Below, in pieces: positions 38,087-46,407 of a stretch of 64,000 nt of DNA (its first letter is position 1; every line of letters starts with the position of its first letter). The stretch covers positions 129,398-193,397 of the forward strand of contig JBAZEU010000001.1 of assembly GCA_041653755.1 (NCBI GenBank), given 5' to 3'. The notes under the pieces are model-generated. The model ran no database searches and had not been told where the DNA came from. It was given only the letters and a program-made list of their open reading frames with translations. The DNA comes from Minisyncoccota bacterium (GTDB lineage Bacteria; Patescibacteriota; Minisyncoccia; UBA6257; UBA9933). A program made the translations under genes and the position numbers.

Positions 38087-38594
38087 GAAGAGCAAACCAC
38101 AAAAACAAAAGGAAATGGATTCGGGAGAAAAGCTTTTGAAAGAAAGCGAGAATTTGATTTTCGTTAATTTTAGCGGAGCGACAATGGAGGATTTAAAGAG
38201 CTTAAGGGCGGACTTAAAAAAACAGAAGGATAGTTTTAAGGTTGTAAAGAAAAGATTATTGAAAATTGTTTTACAAAAACTTGGAGTTGATTTCGATCCG
38301 ACTCAATTTGATGCGCAAGTTGGGACTATTTTTGTAACCGATAAGGATATAGCTGTTGCAGCTAACGCGGTCCATAAATTATTTAAAGCAAAACAAAGAG
38401 CTAAGGCAGAATTTAATATTCTAGGCGGGTATGATATGGGAAATAAAGTTTTTATTGACGAGTCAAGAATGAAATTGATCGGACAATTACCGGCAAAAGA
38501 AGTTGTATTGGCACAGGTGTTGGGAATGATCGCATCGCCGATACAGTCAATGTTATATATATTAAATGAAAGGTCGAAACAGACGAAATCCTAA
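38085..38594 (+). CDS. rplJ: 50S ribosomal protein L10
   Basis: L10-like N-terminus (IFVNFSGATMEDLKSLRADLKK...FKVVKKRLL) and position directly upstream of rplL. Confidence 0.8.
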   Translation: MKSKPQKQKEMDSGEKLLKESENLIFVNFSGATMEDLKSLRADLKKQKDSFKVVKKRLLKIVLQKLGVDFDPTQFDAQVGTIFVTDKDIAVAANAVHKLFKAKQRAKAEFNILGGYDMGNKVFIDESRMKLIGQLPAKEVVLAQVLGMIASPIQSMLYILNERSKQTKS

Positions 38595-38709
38595 TTTCTA
38601 AGCTCTAATTTCTAAACAAATTCAAATTATCAAAATCCAAAGAGTTTAGAATTTAGTTATTTAGACATTGTTTAGGATTTAGGTATTAGGATTTAGAATT
38701 TCAAAATAT
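38595..38709 (+). repeat. 115-bp TAGGATTT-rich intergenic element (rplJ-rplL spacer)
   Basis: Both ends closely match the reverse complement of 52762..52876 (TAATTTCTAAGCTCTAATTTCTAAA; TGTTTAGGATTTAGGTATTAGGATTTAGAATTT). Confidence 0.5.
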
Positions 38710-39075
38710 ATGGATAAATTACAAGATATTATTTCAAAAATAGAAACATTAACCACTGTGGAGTTGGCTGACTTAGTAAAAGCAATGGAAGAGAAATTTG
38801 GTATTTCCGCCGCCGCTCCAGTCGCAGCTGCAGCCGCAGGTGGCGCAGCAGCCGCAGAAGAAAAAACTTCTTTCAATGTTATTTTGAAAGCAGCCGGTGA
38901 GCAAAAAATAAATGTTATTAAGGCTGTGAAAGAAATTACCGGTCTTGGTTTGAAAGAAGCTAAAGACTTAGTTGACGGCGCTCCAAAGCCGATCAAAGAA
39001 GGAGTCAAGAAAGAAGAAGCGGATGAAATGAAAAAGAAATTGGAATTAGTTGGTGCGGTAGTAGAATTAGGGTAA
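38710..39075 (+). CDS. rplL: 50S ribosomal protein L7/L12
   Basis: Ala-rich hinge [19 protein letters not shown] and C-terminal domain ([20 protein letters not shown]). Confidence 0.9.
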   Translation: MDKLQDIISKIETLTTVELADLVKAMEEKFGISAAAPVAAAAAGGAAAAEEKTSFNVILKAAGEQKINVIKAVKEITGLGLKEAKDLVDGAPKPIKEGVKKEEADEMKKKLELVGAVVELG

Positions 39076-39104
39076 AAATTTAATCAGCTCGTCTTATGAG
39101 CTGT

Positions 39105-39179
39105 GGGCGGTTAGTTTAATGGTAAAACATTGCATTCACATTGCAGAGAGCATAGGTCCGATTCCTATACCGCCCACCA
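39105..39179 (+). tRNA. probable tRNA-Val (anticodon CAC), atypical T-loop
   Basis: Acceptor GGGCGGT/ACCGCCC, D-stem GTTT/AAAC, anticodon stem TTGCA/TGCAG with loop TTCACAT. T-loop reads TCCGATT (C at position 55), hence uncertain. Confidence 0.5.
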
Positions 39180-39188
39180 CTGCCTTTC

Positions 39189-39217
39189 TTGTGAAAAACC
39201 TTGTTTTATGGTATAGT
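39189..39217 (+). promoter_or_regulatory. promoter (TTGTGA-17-TATAGT)
   Basis: Hexamers with a 17-nt spacer upstream of the 39297 ORF. Confidence 0.4.
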
Positions 39218-39218
39218 C

Positions 39219-39247
39219 AAAAAGACACTAGGGAATAGTGTCTTTTT
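39219..39247. terminator. bidirectional hairpin (A-run / AAGACACTA-GGGAA-TAGTGTCTT / T-run)
   Basis: Symmetric hairpin flanked by A5 and T5 immediately after the promoter. Confidence 0.4.
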
Positions 39248-39296
39248 AATAGAGAAGCTCTTTTCCAACTTTTTCGCCAAAAGGAGGCGGAGATAT

Positions 39297-40034
39297 ATGA
39301 ATAGTAGCGCAAGGAAAATGGGGGAGTATTTTGGTGGACTTTTCTTTATTGTGTGTTTTTTGTTCGTCGGCTTGCATAGTCCTTTTCATGGAACGAAAGT
39401 TTTTGCGTCAGGCAAAGTTTCGGTTTCAGAAGTTCATTATTCACCTGATGTATTATTTTTTACAGAGGAGGACATTGCGACTGTAAAAGAAAATGTCGTG
39501 AAATGGGCGAAAACGGTTTCGGGCGTAGAAAGACACAAAGACGTCGATCTTTCTTTAATTCCGAAAAAGGATTATTTTAAGACAGGAGAGGAAATTGAAG
39601 GAATTGATTTTGCAGTCGATGCGTATGTTTATGCAATATCTTTGACCAAGAAAGAAAAGTTAAAAGAGATTGGAGATAACTGGCATCAATCTTTTTCAGA
39701 AATTCAAGAGAAGGTTAGAGAAGCGCTGCTTGAAAATGTTTTGTCTGGCAAAGAAATATTAGGCACCGTGTTAGATCCGATTGAAACGGGAATGGTTTCT
39801 GTTTTTTCTTCGACTGCTCTGGAAAACCAAAAAGAAAATATTTTTATGCCATTAGGGAAATATCCTCCTGCTACGCAGTTGACTATAGAAGCCAAGGGAG
39901 GAGAATTTTCTCAGTGGAGAATAGCGAGCAGAAACAACAAAGCCGTGTTTTTTATAAAAGAAAATCCAGCAAAGATTTATCTAAACGATAATTGGATGAT
40001 AACGGCGATATTCAAAAACCCTCCCGAAAAATAA
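39297..40034 (+). CDS. membrane-anchored hypothetical protein
   Basis: AAGGAGG RBS, ATG MNSSARKMGEYFGGLFFIVCFLFVG (transmembrane). The track ORF start (39201) overlaps the promoter and hairpin. Confidence 0.5.
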   Translation: MNSSARKMGEYFGGLFFIVCFLFVGLHSPFHGTKVFASGKVSVSEVHYSPDVLFFTEEDIATVKENVVKWAKTVSGVERHKDVDLSLIPKKDYFKTGEEIEGIDFAVDAYVYAISLTKKEKLKEIGDNWHQSFSEIQEKVREALLENVLSGKEILGTVLDPIETGMVSVFSSTALENQKENIFMPLGKYPPATQLTIEAKGGEFSQWRIASRNNKAVFFIKENPAKIYLNDNWMITAIFKNPPEK

Positions 40035-40057
40035 TCAGTGGAAAAAGTTTTCAAGAA

Positions 40058-40092
40058 GACCCCGATCTTTACAGATTCTCGGGGTCTTTTTT
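40058..40092 (+). terminator. intrinsic terminator
   Basis: GACCCCGA...TCGGGGTC followed by T7. Confidence 0.7.
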
Positions 40093-40197
40093 GTTGAAAA
40101 CGTAAAAGTTGATAAATTGTCGATAACTTTTTACTTACTTCTTAAAAGATGGCTTAAACAAACAACTTTTATTTTTTAAAAAACAATTTGAAAGTGG

Positions 40198-40226
40198 TTG
40201 ACGGAGTAGTAGCGGTGGAGTAGAAT
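40198..40226 (+). promoter_or_regulatory. promoter (TTGACG-17-TAGAAT) for the mraZ leader
   Basis: About 180-nt structured leader follows, with hairpins CCCGCC-ATCG-GCGGG and the 10-bp CTCAATGTGA...TCACATTGAG. Confidence 0.45.
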
Positions 40227-40406
40227 GAAATGAAAGTGGGGAATTGTGGATAACTATGGGGATAAGTACCCAAAGTGGTGAATAAGTCCCAATTTTGTCC
40301 GAATAGAATGAGGCTACAAAATTGAGGATCCCGCCATCGGCGGGATGCTCAATGTGATAGTAATATTTACTTCACATTGAGTTCGTAAATATTAATCAAC
40401 ATTGGC

Positions 40407-40838
40407 ATGTTCATCGGCGAATATCAACATAACTTAGACGTAAAGGGAAGGGTAGCGATACCAGCTAAATTTCGAGCTAAATTGACAGAAGGAGCAATTA
40501 TCACTCGGGGATTGGATCGCTGCCTTTTTGTTTTCACCAGGAAAGAATGGGAAGTCTTAGCTCAAAAATTAGTTGCTTTACCGTTGGCTCAATCAAATTC
40601 AAGAGCTTTTGTGCGTTTGATGCTCGCCGGCGCAATTGACGTGGAAATTGATTCGCAGGGAAGAATTTTGATTTCTGATTACTTAAGAAAATACGCCGAC
40701 TTAAAAAAGAAAATTGTTTTTGCCGGACTTTATAATCGTATTGAAATTTGGGATACGGATGTTTGGAAAGAGTATAAACGAAAGACCGAAAACGAATCGG
40801 AAGAAATAGCGGAAAAATTATCAGAGCTAGGGATTTAA
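40407..40838 (+). CDS. mraZ: transcriptional regulator MraZ
   Basis: MFIGEYQHNLDVKGRVAIPAKFR; duplicated SpoVT-AbrB halves. Confidence 0.9.
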   Translation: MFIGEYQHNLDVKGRVAIPAKFRAKLTEGAIITRGLDRCLFVFTRKEWEVLAQKLVALPLAQSNSRAFVRLMLAGAIDVEIDSQGRILISDYLRKYADLKKKIVFAGLYNRIEIWDTDVWKEYKRKTENESEEIAEKLSELGI

Positions 40839-40842
40839 GAAT

Positions 40843-41742
40843 ATGCCGCACATTCCCGTTCTTTTAAAAGAGGCAATAGAAATTTTAGATCCAAAGCCGG
40901 GAGAATTTTTTATTGATGGGACAATCGGAGACGCTGGACATTCAGCTGAAATTTTAGAGAAGATTGGTTCCGAAGGAAAACTTTTAGGAATTGATTGGGA
41001 TAAAGAAGCTATCGGAAGATTAAGAAACGAAAAGTTTCAAAATTCTCAAAATATATTTTTAGTGAATGATAATTACGCGAATCTGCCTGAAATTTTAAAA
41101 AAGAAAGATTTAGAGAAAGCTGATGGATTAATTTTGGATCTGGGATTTTCTTCAACTTTATTAGAAACATCGAACAGGGGATTCAGTTTCAGAAATTCGT
41201 CGGGCAACGAAGAACCGTTGGACATGAGATATAACGAAGAAACAAAATTGACTGCCGCCGATGTTGTAAATCGTTTCAAAGAAAAAGATTTAGCGGAAAT
41301 TATTTTCCAATACGGCGAAGAAAGATTTTCAAGAAGGATTGCCAAAGCAATTATCGAAGAGAGAAAGAGGAAACCGATCAAAACCACTTCTGACTTGGTG
41401 GAGATTATAGGAAGAGCCGTTCCAAAAAATTATGAAAATCATCGGATTCATCCAGCCACCAGAACTTTTCAGGCATTGAGAATTTATGTCAATCAGGAGT
41501 TAAAGAATTTATCGAAAGTATTAAACAATTTAGATTTAATTTTAAAAACAAAAGGTCGTTTAGCGGTTATATCATTTCATTCTTTAGAGGACAGAATAGC
41601 AAAACAAACATTTAAGGAATTAGAAAAAGAAGGGGAAATTAAGATTTTAACCAAGAAACCGATAAGGGCCAGCGAGGAAGAAATTAAGATGAACCCCCGT
41701 TCTAGATCAGCCAAACTAAGAGCAGCGATTTTAATAAAATGA
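40843..41742 (+). CDS. rsmH: 16S rRNA (cytosine1402-N4)-methyltransferase
   Basis: HIPVLLKEAIEIL...DGTIGDAGHS. Confidence 0.9.
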   Translation: MPHIPVLLKEAIEILDPKPGEFFIDGTIGDAGHSAEILEKIGSEGKLLGIDWDKEAIGRLRNEKFQNSQNIFLVNDNYANLPEILKKKDLEKADGLILDLGFSSTLLETSNRGFSFRNSSGNEEPLDMRYNEETKLTAADVVNRFKEKDLAEIIFQYGEERFSRRIAKAIIEERKRKPIKTTSDLVEIIGRAVPKNYENHRIHPATRTFQALRIYVNQELKNLSKVLNNLDLILKTKGRLAVISFHSLEDRIAKQTFKELEKEGEIKILTKKPIRASEEEIKMNPRSRSAKLRAAILIK

Positions 41743-42050
41743 CAATTATTCAGCCAAATAAACATAAAAATAAGCTTAATCTAATCATCGCCTTGTTGCT
41801 TCTTGCTATAGTGGCTTTAGTCAGCCAAGGTATTTATCTTTATTCGCAATCAGTAAATTTTCGCCACGATATTACAAAGATGGAAAAGGATGTCCGAAAT
41901 ATAGAGGTGGCTAATGCAGAGATGAAAAATAAGCTTTTTGCCTTGTTTGAGCCAAGCAACATAAAAACTGTTACCGAAAATAGCGGATTGATTGAAGACA
42001 AAAATCCTCAGTATATGAAAGAGTTAGATAATCCTTTAGCAAAAAGATAA
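41739..42050 (+). CDS. FtsL-like small membrane / coiled-coil protein
   Basis: Position between rsmH and ftsI; single transmembrane helix plus coiled-coil. Confidence 0.5.
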   Translation: MTIIQPNKHKNKLNLIIALLLLAIVALVSQGIYLYSQSVNFRHDITKMEKDVRNIEVANAEMKNKLFALFEPSNIKTVTENSGLIEDKNPQYMKELDNPLAKR

Positions 42051-42068
42051 AAGTAATATGTTTGTATC

Positions 42069-43709
42069 ATGAAATGGCGAATAGGGCTTTTAGTATTTTT
42101 ATTTGGCTCGCTTTACGCGGTCTTAACTTTTAACTTATATAATCTTCAAATTAAGCACGGCCTGATTTTTGCGACACAAGCCGCTGATCAAAACAGGCAA
42201 TCAGGACTTTCAATCCCTAATCGAGGGAATATTTATTTTGTTGACAAAGATAATAGGCAAATTCCTGCCGTTCTTAATAAAGAATTTTCAATAATTTACG
42301 CTGTCCCGACAGAAATCGCAGATTCGCTTGAAACCGCTTCTCAAATTTCTGCTATAGTCGGGCAATCGGTTAATGCTTTGAAAGAAGCTTTATCAAAACC
42401 AAAATCTCAATACGAACTTTTAGTTTATAAGGCGAGTGATGATCAAATAAAGCAAATTCAAGACCTTAAGGTCAAAGGTATTTATATCACAAAGGAGCTT
42501 TTGCGTTTTTATCCGCTTGGCGAAAGAGCTTCACAGGTTTTAGGATTTGTCGGACCAAATCAAAATGATGATGGAATTACCGGTCGTTATGGCATAGAAG
42601 CGTATTTTAATGATCTTTTGGGAGGTCAAACAGGTCAAATTCAAGGCGATTTTATAATCAAGCCGAAAAACGGTGATGATTTAGTTCTTACTATTGATCC
42701 GAATATTCAGTTAGAAGCAGAAGATATTTTAAAAAACCTTGTAGAAGAATACAAAGCGAGCGCCGGCATGGTGATTGTAGAAGAACCGAAAACCGGAAAA
42801 ATTTTAGCAATGAATAGCGTTCCTAGTTTTGACCCAAATAATTATTCTAATTATAGCCTTTCGAGTTTTTTGAATCCTGTTGTCCAAGCAGTTTATGAGC
42901 CCGGTTCGGTTTTTAAGGTCCTTACAATGTCCGCAGGAATCGATAGCGGAAAAATTACTCCGCAAACAACGTACGTCGATAAAGGATCAGTAACATATAA
43001 CGGGAAAACAATTCAGAACTTTGAATTGAAAACTTATGGCAAGCAAACAATGACAAATGTCATTGAAAATTCTATAAACACAGGAGCGGTTTTTGCCGAA
43101 CGACAAACCGGTCACGAAACTTTTTATAATTATCTGAAAAACTTTGGTCTTAATGTTGCGACCGGAATCACTTTGCCGGGAGAATTAAAGGGGAATCTTA
43201 GCAATTTGGTCAACGGAAAAGATATAAATTATGCTACTGCCTCTTTTGGTCAGGGGGTGGCAGTAACACCAATTGAAGTTATAAATGCTATTGCGGCGAT
43301 TGCTAATAAAGGTAAATTAATGAAACCATATATTGTAGCCAGCGAAAAACCAACAGTAATTCGTCAGGTAATTTCTGAAAATACCGCTAACCAAGTAGTC
43401 CAAATGATGGTTTCGGCCGTAAAAGTAAACAAGGTGGCTGATATCAAAAATTACTCTGTTGCTGCGAAAACCGGGACTGCTTTTGTGCCCAATTTTAAAA
43501 CTGGCGGTTACACAGAAGATGTTATTAACACTTATATTGGTTTTGCTCCGGCATATGATCCGCGATTTATTATTTTATTCAGAATAGACAAGCCAGCAGG
43601 AGCCATTAGCGCTGGTAGAAGCGTAGTGCCGGCCTTTAAAAAATTGGCAGAATTTCTTTTAAATTATTACAATGTGGCGCCTGATCAGTTAGACAACGCT
43701 AATCATTAA
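42069..43709 (+). CDS. ftsI: penicillin-binding protein (FtsI/PBP2-type transpeptidase)
   Basis: Transmembrane anchor; SxxK (SVFK), SxN (SIN) and KTG (KTGTA) motifs. Confidence 0.8.
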   Translation: MKWRIGLLVFLFGSLYAVLTFNLYNLQIKHGLIFATQAADQNRQSGLSIPNRGNIYFVDKDNRQIPAVLNKEFSIIYAVPTEIADSLETASQISAIVGQSVNALKEALSKPKSQYELLVYKASDDQIKQIQDLKVKGIYITKELLRFYPLGERASQVLGFVGPNQNDDGITGRYGIEAYFNDLLGGQTGQIQGDFIIKPKNGDDLVLTIDPNIQLEAEDILKNLVEEYKASAGMVIVEEPKTGKILAMNSVPSFDPNNYSNYSLSSFLNPVVQAVYEPGSVFKVLTMSAGIDSGKITPQTTYVDKGSVTYNGKTIQNFELKTYGKQTMTNVIENSINTGAVFAERQTGHETFYNYLKNFGLNVATGITLPGELKGNLSNLVNGKDINYATASFGQGVAVTPIEVINAIAAIANKGKLMKPYIVASEKPTVIRQVISENTANQVVQMMVSAVKVNKVADIKNYSVAAKTGTAFVPNFKTGGYTEDVINTYIGFAPAYDPRFIILFRIDKPAGAISAGRSVVPAFKKLAEFLLNYYNVAPDQLDNANH

Positions 43710-43711
43710 CG

Positions 43712-44947
43712 ATGAAAGACAAAGCAATCAAAATTTTAAAATGGAAGATAAAGAAATTGGCTCAGTGGACGATTTCGCGTTATAAACCAACCGTGATTGC
43801 GATAACCGGTAGCGCTGGAAAAACTTCTGCCAAAGAAGCGATTTACGCAGCGTTAAAAGATTTCAATATCGTTCGAAAATCAAGCGGTAACTTTAATAAC
43901 GAAATTGGAATGCCGTTAACGATTCTGGGTGATTGGCAAAAGATTTCCGGAATTTCTTTCTGGCCGAAAGTGATTTTTTCTTCTTGGGGTAAATTGATTT
44001 CAAAATCTAAATATCCGGAAATTTTAATTTTGGAATATGGCGCTGATAAGCCAAACGATATCAAGTATCTTTTAGAAATCGCAAGACCAAAAATAGCCGT
44101 AATTACGGCGGTTGGAGATATTCCAGTTCACATTGAAGCGTATCCAGACAGAGAATCATTAATTAGAGAGAAATCGCGATTGATTGAACAATTGCCAGTT
44201 TCTGGTTATGCGGTTTTAAATGGCGATGATCCGATAGTCAAAGAAATGCAAAACAAAACTCGCGGCAATGTAATGACTTTTGGATTTTCTGAAATGACTG
44301 ATGTGAGAATAATAAATTTTGAGATTTATTTTGAAGACAAAAATCCTATGGGAGTATCTTTTAAGCTGGAATATAAGGGAGGAGTGATTCCTTTTAGAAT
44401 TATGGGAGCTTTGGGTAGAGGTCAGGCCTATGCGGTTGCTGCGGCGAGCTGCGTGAGCTTGATTTTAGGATTAAATTTGGTCCAGATTTCCGAATCAATA
44501 TCTAAAAATTATGAAGTTCCGTCTCGAAGAATGAATTTACTAAAAGGGAAAAAAGAGACAACGATTATTGATGATAGCTATAATGCTTCGCCAATAGCTG
44601 CCAAGGAATCATTAATGGCGTTAGGTGAGATACAAAACGCGCGAAGAGTCGCTATTTTAGGAGATATGCTGGAATTAGGACGATATTCTCCTGAAGCCCA
44701 CGAAGAGATAGGCGCTTTAACGAAATCAAAAGTAGATGTTTTGATAACTGTTGGGCCGCGATCAAGATTTATTGTTGAGGGAGCGTTGGCTAAAGGTTTC
44801 GATAAGAACAAAATCTTTGGTTTTGCTACCGCGAATGAAGCCAAAAAGTTTATTCTAGAAACCATTAGAAAAGGCGATGTGATTCTGATTAAGGCATCAA
44901 GGGCAGTGGGTTTGGATAAAATTGTTGATGATCTTAAGGCGTCGTGA
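43712..44947 (+). CDS. murF: UDP-N-acetylmuramoyl-tripeptide--D-alanyl-D-alanine ligase
   Basis: Mur ligase P-loop IAITGSAGKTS; dcw-cluster context. Confidence 0.85.
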   Translation: MKDKAIKILKWKIKKLAQWTISRYKPTVIAITGSAGKTSAKEAIYAALKDFNIVRKSSGNFNNEIGMPLTILGDWQKISGISFWPKVIFSSWGKLISKSKYPEILILEYGADKPNDIKYLLEIARPKIAVITAVGDIPVHIEAYPDRESLIREKSRLIEQLPVSGYAVLNGDDPIVKEMQNKTRGNVMTFGFSEMTDVRIINFEIYFEDKNPMGVSFKLEYKGGVIPFRIMGALGRGQAYAVAAASCVSLILGLNLVQISESISKNYEVPSRRMNLLKGKKETTIIDDSYNASPIAAKESLMALGEIQNARRVAILGDMLELGRYSPEAHEEIGALTKSKVDVLITVGPRSRFIVEGALAKGFDKNKIFGFATANEAKKFILETIRKGDVILIKASRAVGLDKIVDDLKAS

Positions 44948-44963
44948 TACTCTCTTTAAGATT

Positions 44964-45038
44964 GCCCTTGTCGTCTAGTCTGGCCTAGGACACATGGTTC
45001 TCATCCATGAAACTCGGGTTCGAATCCCGACGAGGGTG
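44964..45038 (+). tRNA. tRNA-Glu (anticodon CUC)
   Basis: D-arm GTCTAG..GGCC.AGGACAC typical of tRNA-Glu, anticodon loop TTCTCAT, T-arm TCGGGTTCGAATCCCGA. Confidence 0.85.
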
Positions 45039-45040
45039 CA

Positions 45041-45529
45041 ATGGAAAATAATTTTGATGCCATCATAGTCTTAGGACACGGACAAAGGGAAAGGAAGATT
45101 GGCGAGATATTAAAAAATCGATTAGATAAGGCCTTTGAGATTTCTCAGGAAAATAAAGAGGCAATGATAATTTTGAGTGGGGGAAAGGTTTATTCAAACG
45201 ATTTTTCCGAGGCAGAAATAATGGCGGGATTTTTAGAAAAAAGGGGGATAGCAAAAGAAAGTTTTATTTTAGAAGATAGGTCTAAAAACACTTTCGAAAA
45301 TCTGATAAATTCTAAAAAGATTGTAGAAGAATACGGCTTTGAAAGGATTGCCTTAATAACAAGTGATTATCATTTAAAGAGAGTGAAGATGATCGCGAAA
45401 ATGATAGGTTTGAATATTTCCGGATTCTCTGCGATTTCGAAAAAGAATGTTGGATTTATATTTAAAAAGTCGATGACAGAATTTTTTAAAATAATTTTCG
45501 ATTACCTGCGGGTTAAAATATGCGCCTAG
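45041..45529 (+). CDS. DUF218 (YdcF/ElyC/SanA-like) domain protein
   Basis: IIVLGHG...LSGGKV...SEAEIMAGFL...ITSDYHLKR. Confidence 0.6.
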   Translation: MENNFDAIIVLGHGQRERKIGEILKNRLDKAFEISQENKEAMIILSGGKVYSNDFSEAEIMAGFLEKRGIAKESFILEDRSKNTFENLINSKKIVEEYGFERIALITSDYHLKRVKMIAKMIGLNISGFSAISKKNVGFIFKKSMTEFFKIIFDYLRVKICA

Positions 45530-45873
45530 CTATTATTAAAGAAGTCATTAAAGACAAATACCTTAGAACGATTTTCGCGATAAGCGCCTTGCTTTTATTG
45601 ATTGTTTTTACGCTAATTTGCTTTAAATTTATCGGCATCAGAAATCCGATAATTGTTCATTTTGATGTCTATAAAGGAATTGATTTTTTGGGAAGCCGGA
45701 TTGACGTGTTCGGTATCTTTCTGGCCGCCGTAGTGATTTTTTTAATAAATCTTTTTTTGTCTAATCATCTTTTTTATCGAGAGAGGTTTTTGTCTTATGT
45801 TTTTGCCGCTACAACACTATTTTTAGTTGTTTTGGCGCTGATAGCGATAGCCGCCATTATTTCAGTTAACTGA
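45520..45873 (+). CDS. small membrane protein (3 transmembrane helices)
   Basis: Three hydrophobic helices; overlaps the upstream gene. Confidence 0.45.
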   Translation: MRLAIIKEVIKDKYLRTIFAISALLLLIVFTLICFKFIGIRNPIIVHFDVYKGIDFLGSRIDVFGIFLAAVVIFLINLFLSNHLFYRERFLSYVFAATTLFLVVLALIAIAAIISVN

Positions 45874-45897
45874 TAAATTTGGTACACTTTACTTATG

Positions 45898-46037
45898 CCC
45901 AGTAGTATTACTGCGATATGATTAACTATAATCTTTCGTAGTAAGTCACTGGGATAAAGATTGATTAAATAATATAATATAATTAACCAATGCGATGAGT
46001 TAATCTAAAAAATTACCATCGCAGTTTCACTACTGGG
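45898..46037 (+). repeat. leader with inverted repeat CCCAGTAGTATTACTGCGAT ... ATCGCAGTTTCACTACTGGG and a third related inverted segment (45937-45953)
   Basis: Right arm abuts the ATG of the 46039 ORF; the middle segment CGTAGTAAGTCACTGGG can pair with the same left arm. Confidence 0.5.
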
Positions 46038-46038
46038 T

Positions 46039-46407
46039 ATGCCAGAAGAAGGTTTTGGGAAAGAGGAAATTGAAAGACAGCTTGAAAGCCGTTTAGAGAT
46101 TGAAAAACAGCCGGAGAAGAAGCCGGAATTTTTGAGTGAAACAGAAAAACAGGAAAAGGAGAAAATCCGGGAAGAAATCAAAAGAGTTAATTTTCAGCAA
46201 ACTGACGAAGAAGAAGCGCAAAAAGAAGCGGAATCTTTAAAGACAAAGGCTTTGCCAGGGAAAATAGACCGACTTTTTGAGTTAGCAAAAGATAAGGGAT
46301 TATTTTTCGCTTTGAAAATTGCCGAGAGCACCGGCGATGGATATCTGATTGATGTTTTTCATGACCTTTTAGCAAAAGACAGTTTTTTCAAGAAGTTTGT
46401 TCAATGA
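46039..46407 (+). CDS. Glu/Lys-rich hypothetical protein
   Basis: Stop overlaps the start of the ATPase gene (ATGA). Confidence 0.5.
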   Translation: MPEEGFGKEEIERQLESRLEIEKQPEKKPEFLSETEKQEKEKIREEIKRVNFQQTDEEEAQKEAESLKTKALPGKIDRLFELAKDKGLFFALKIAESTGDGYLIDVFHDLLAKDSFFKKFVQ

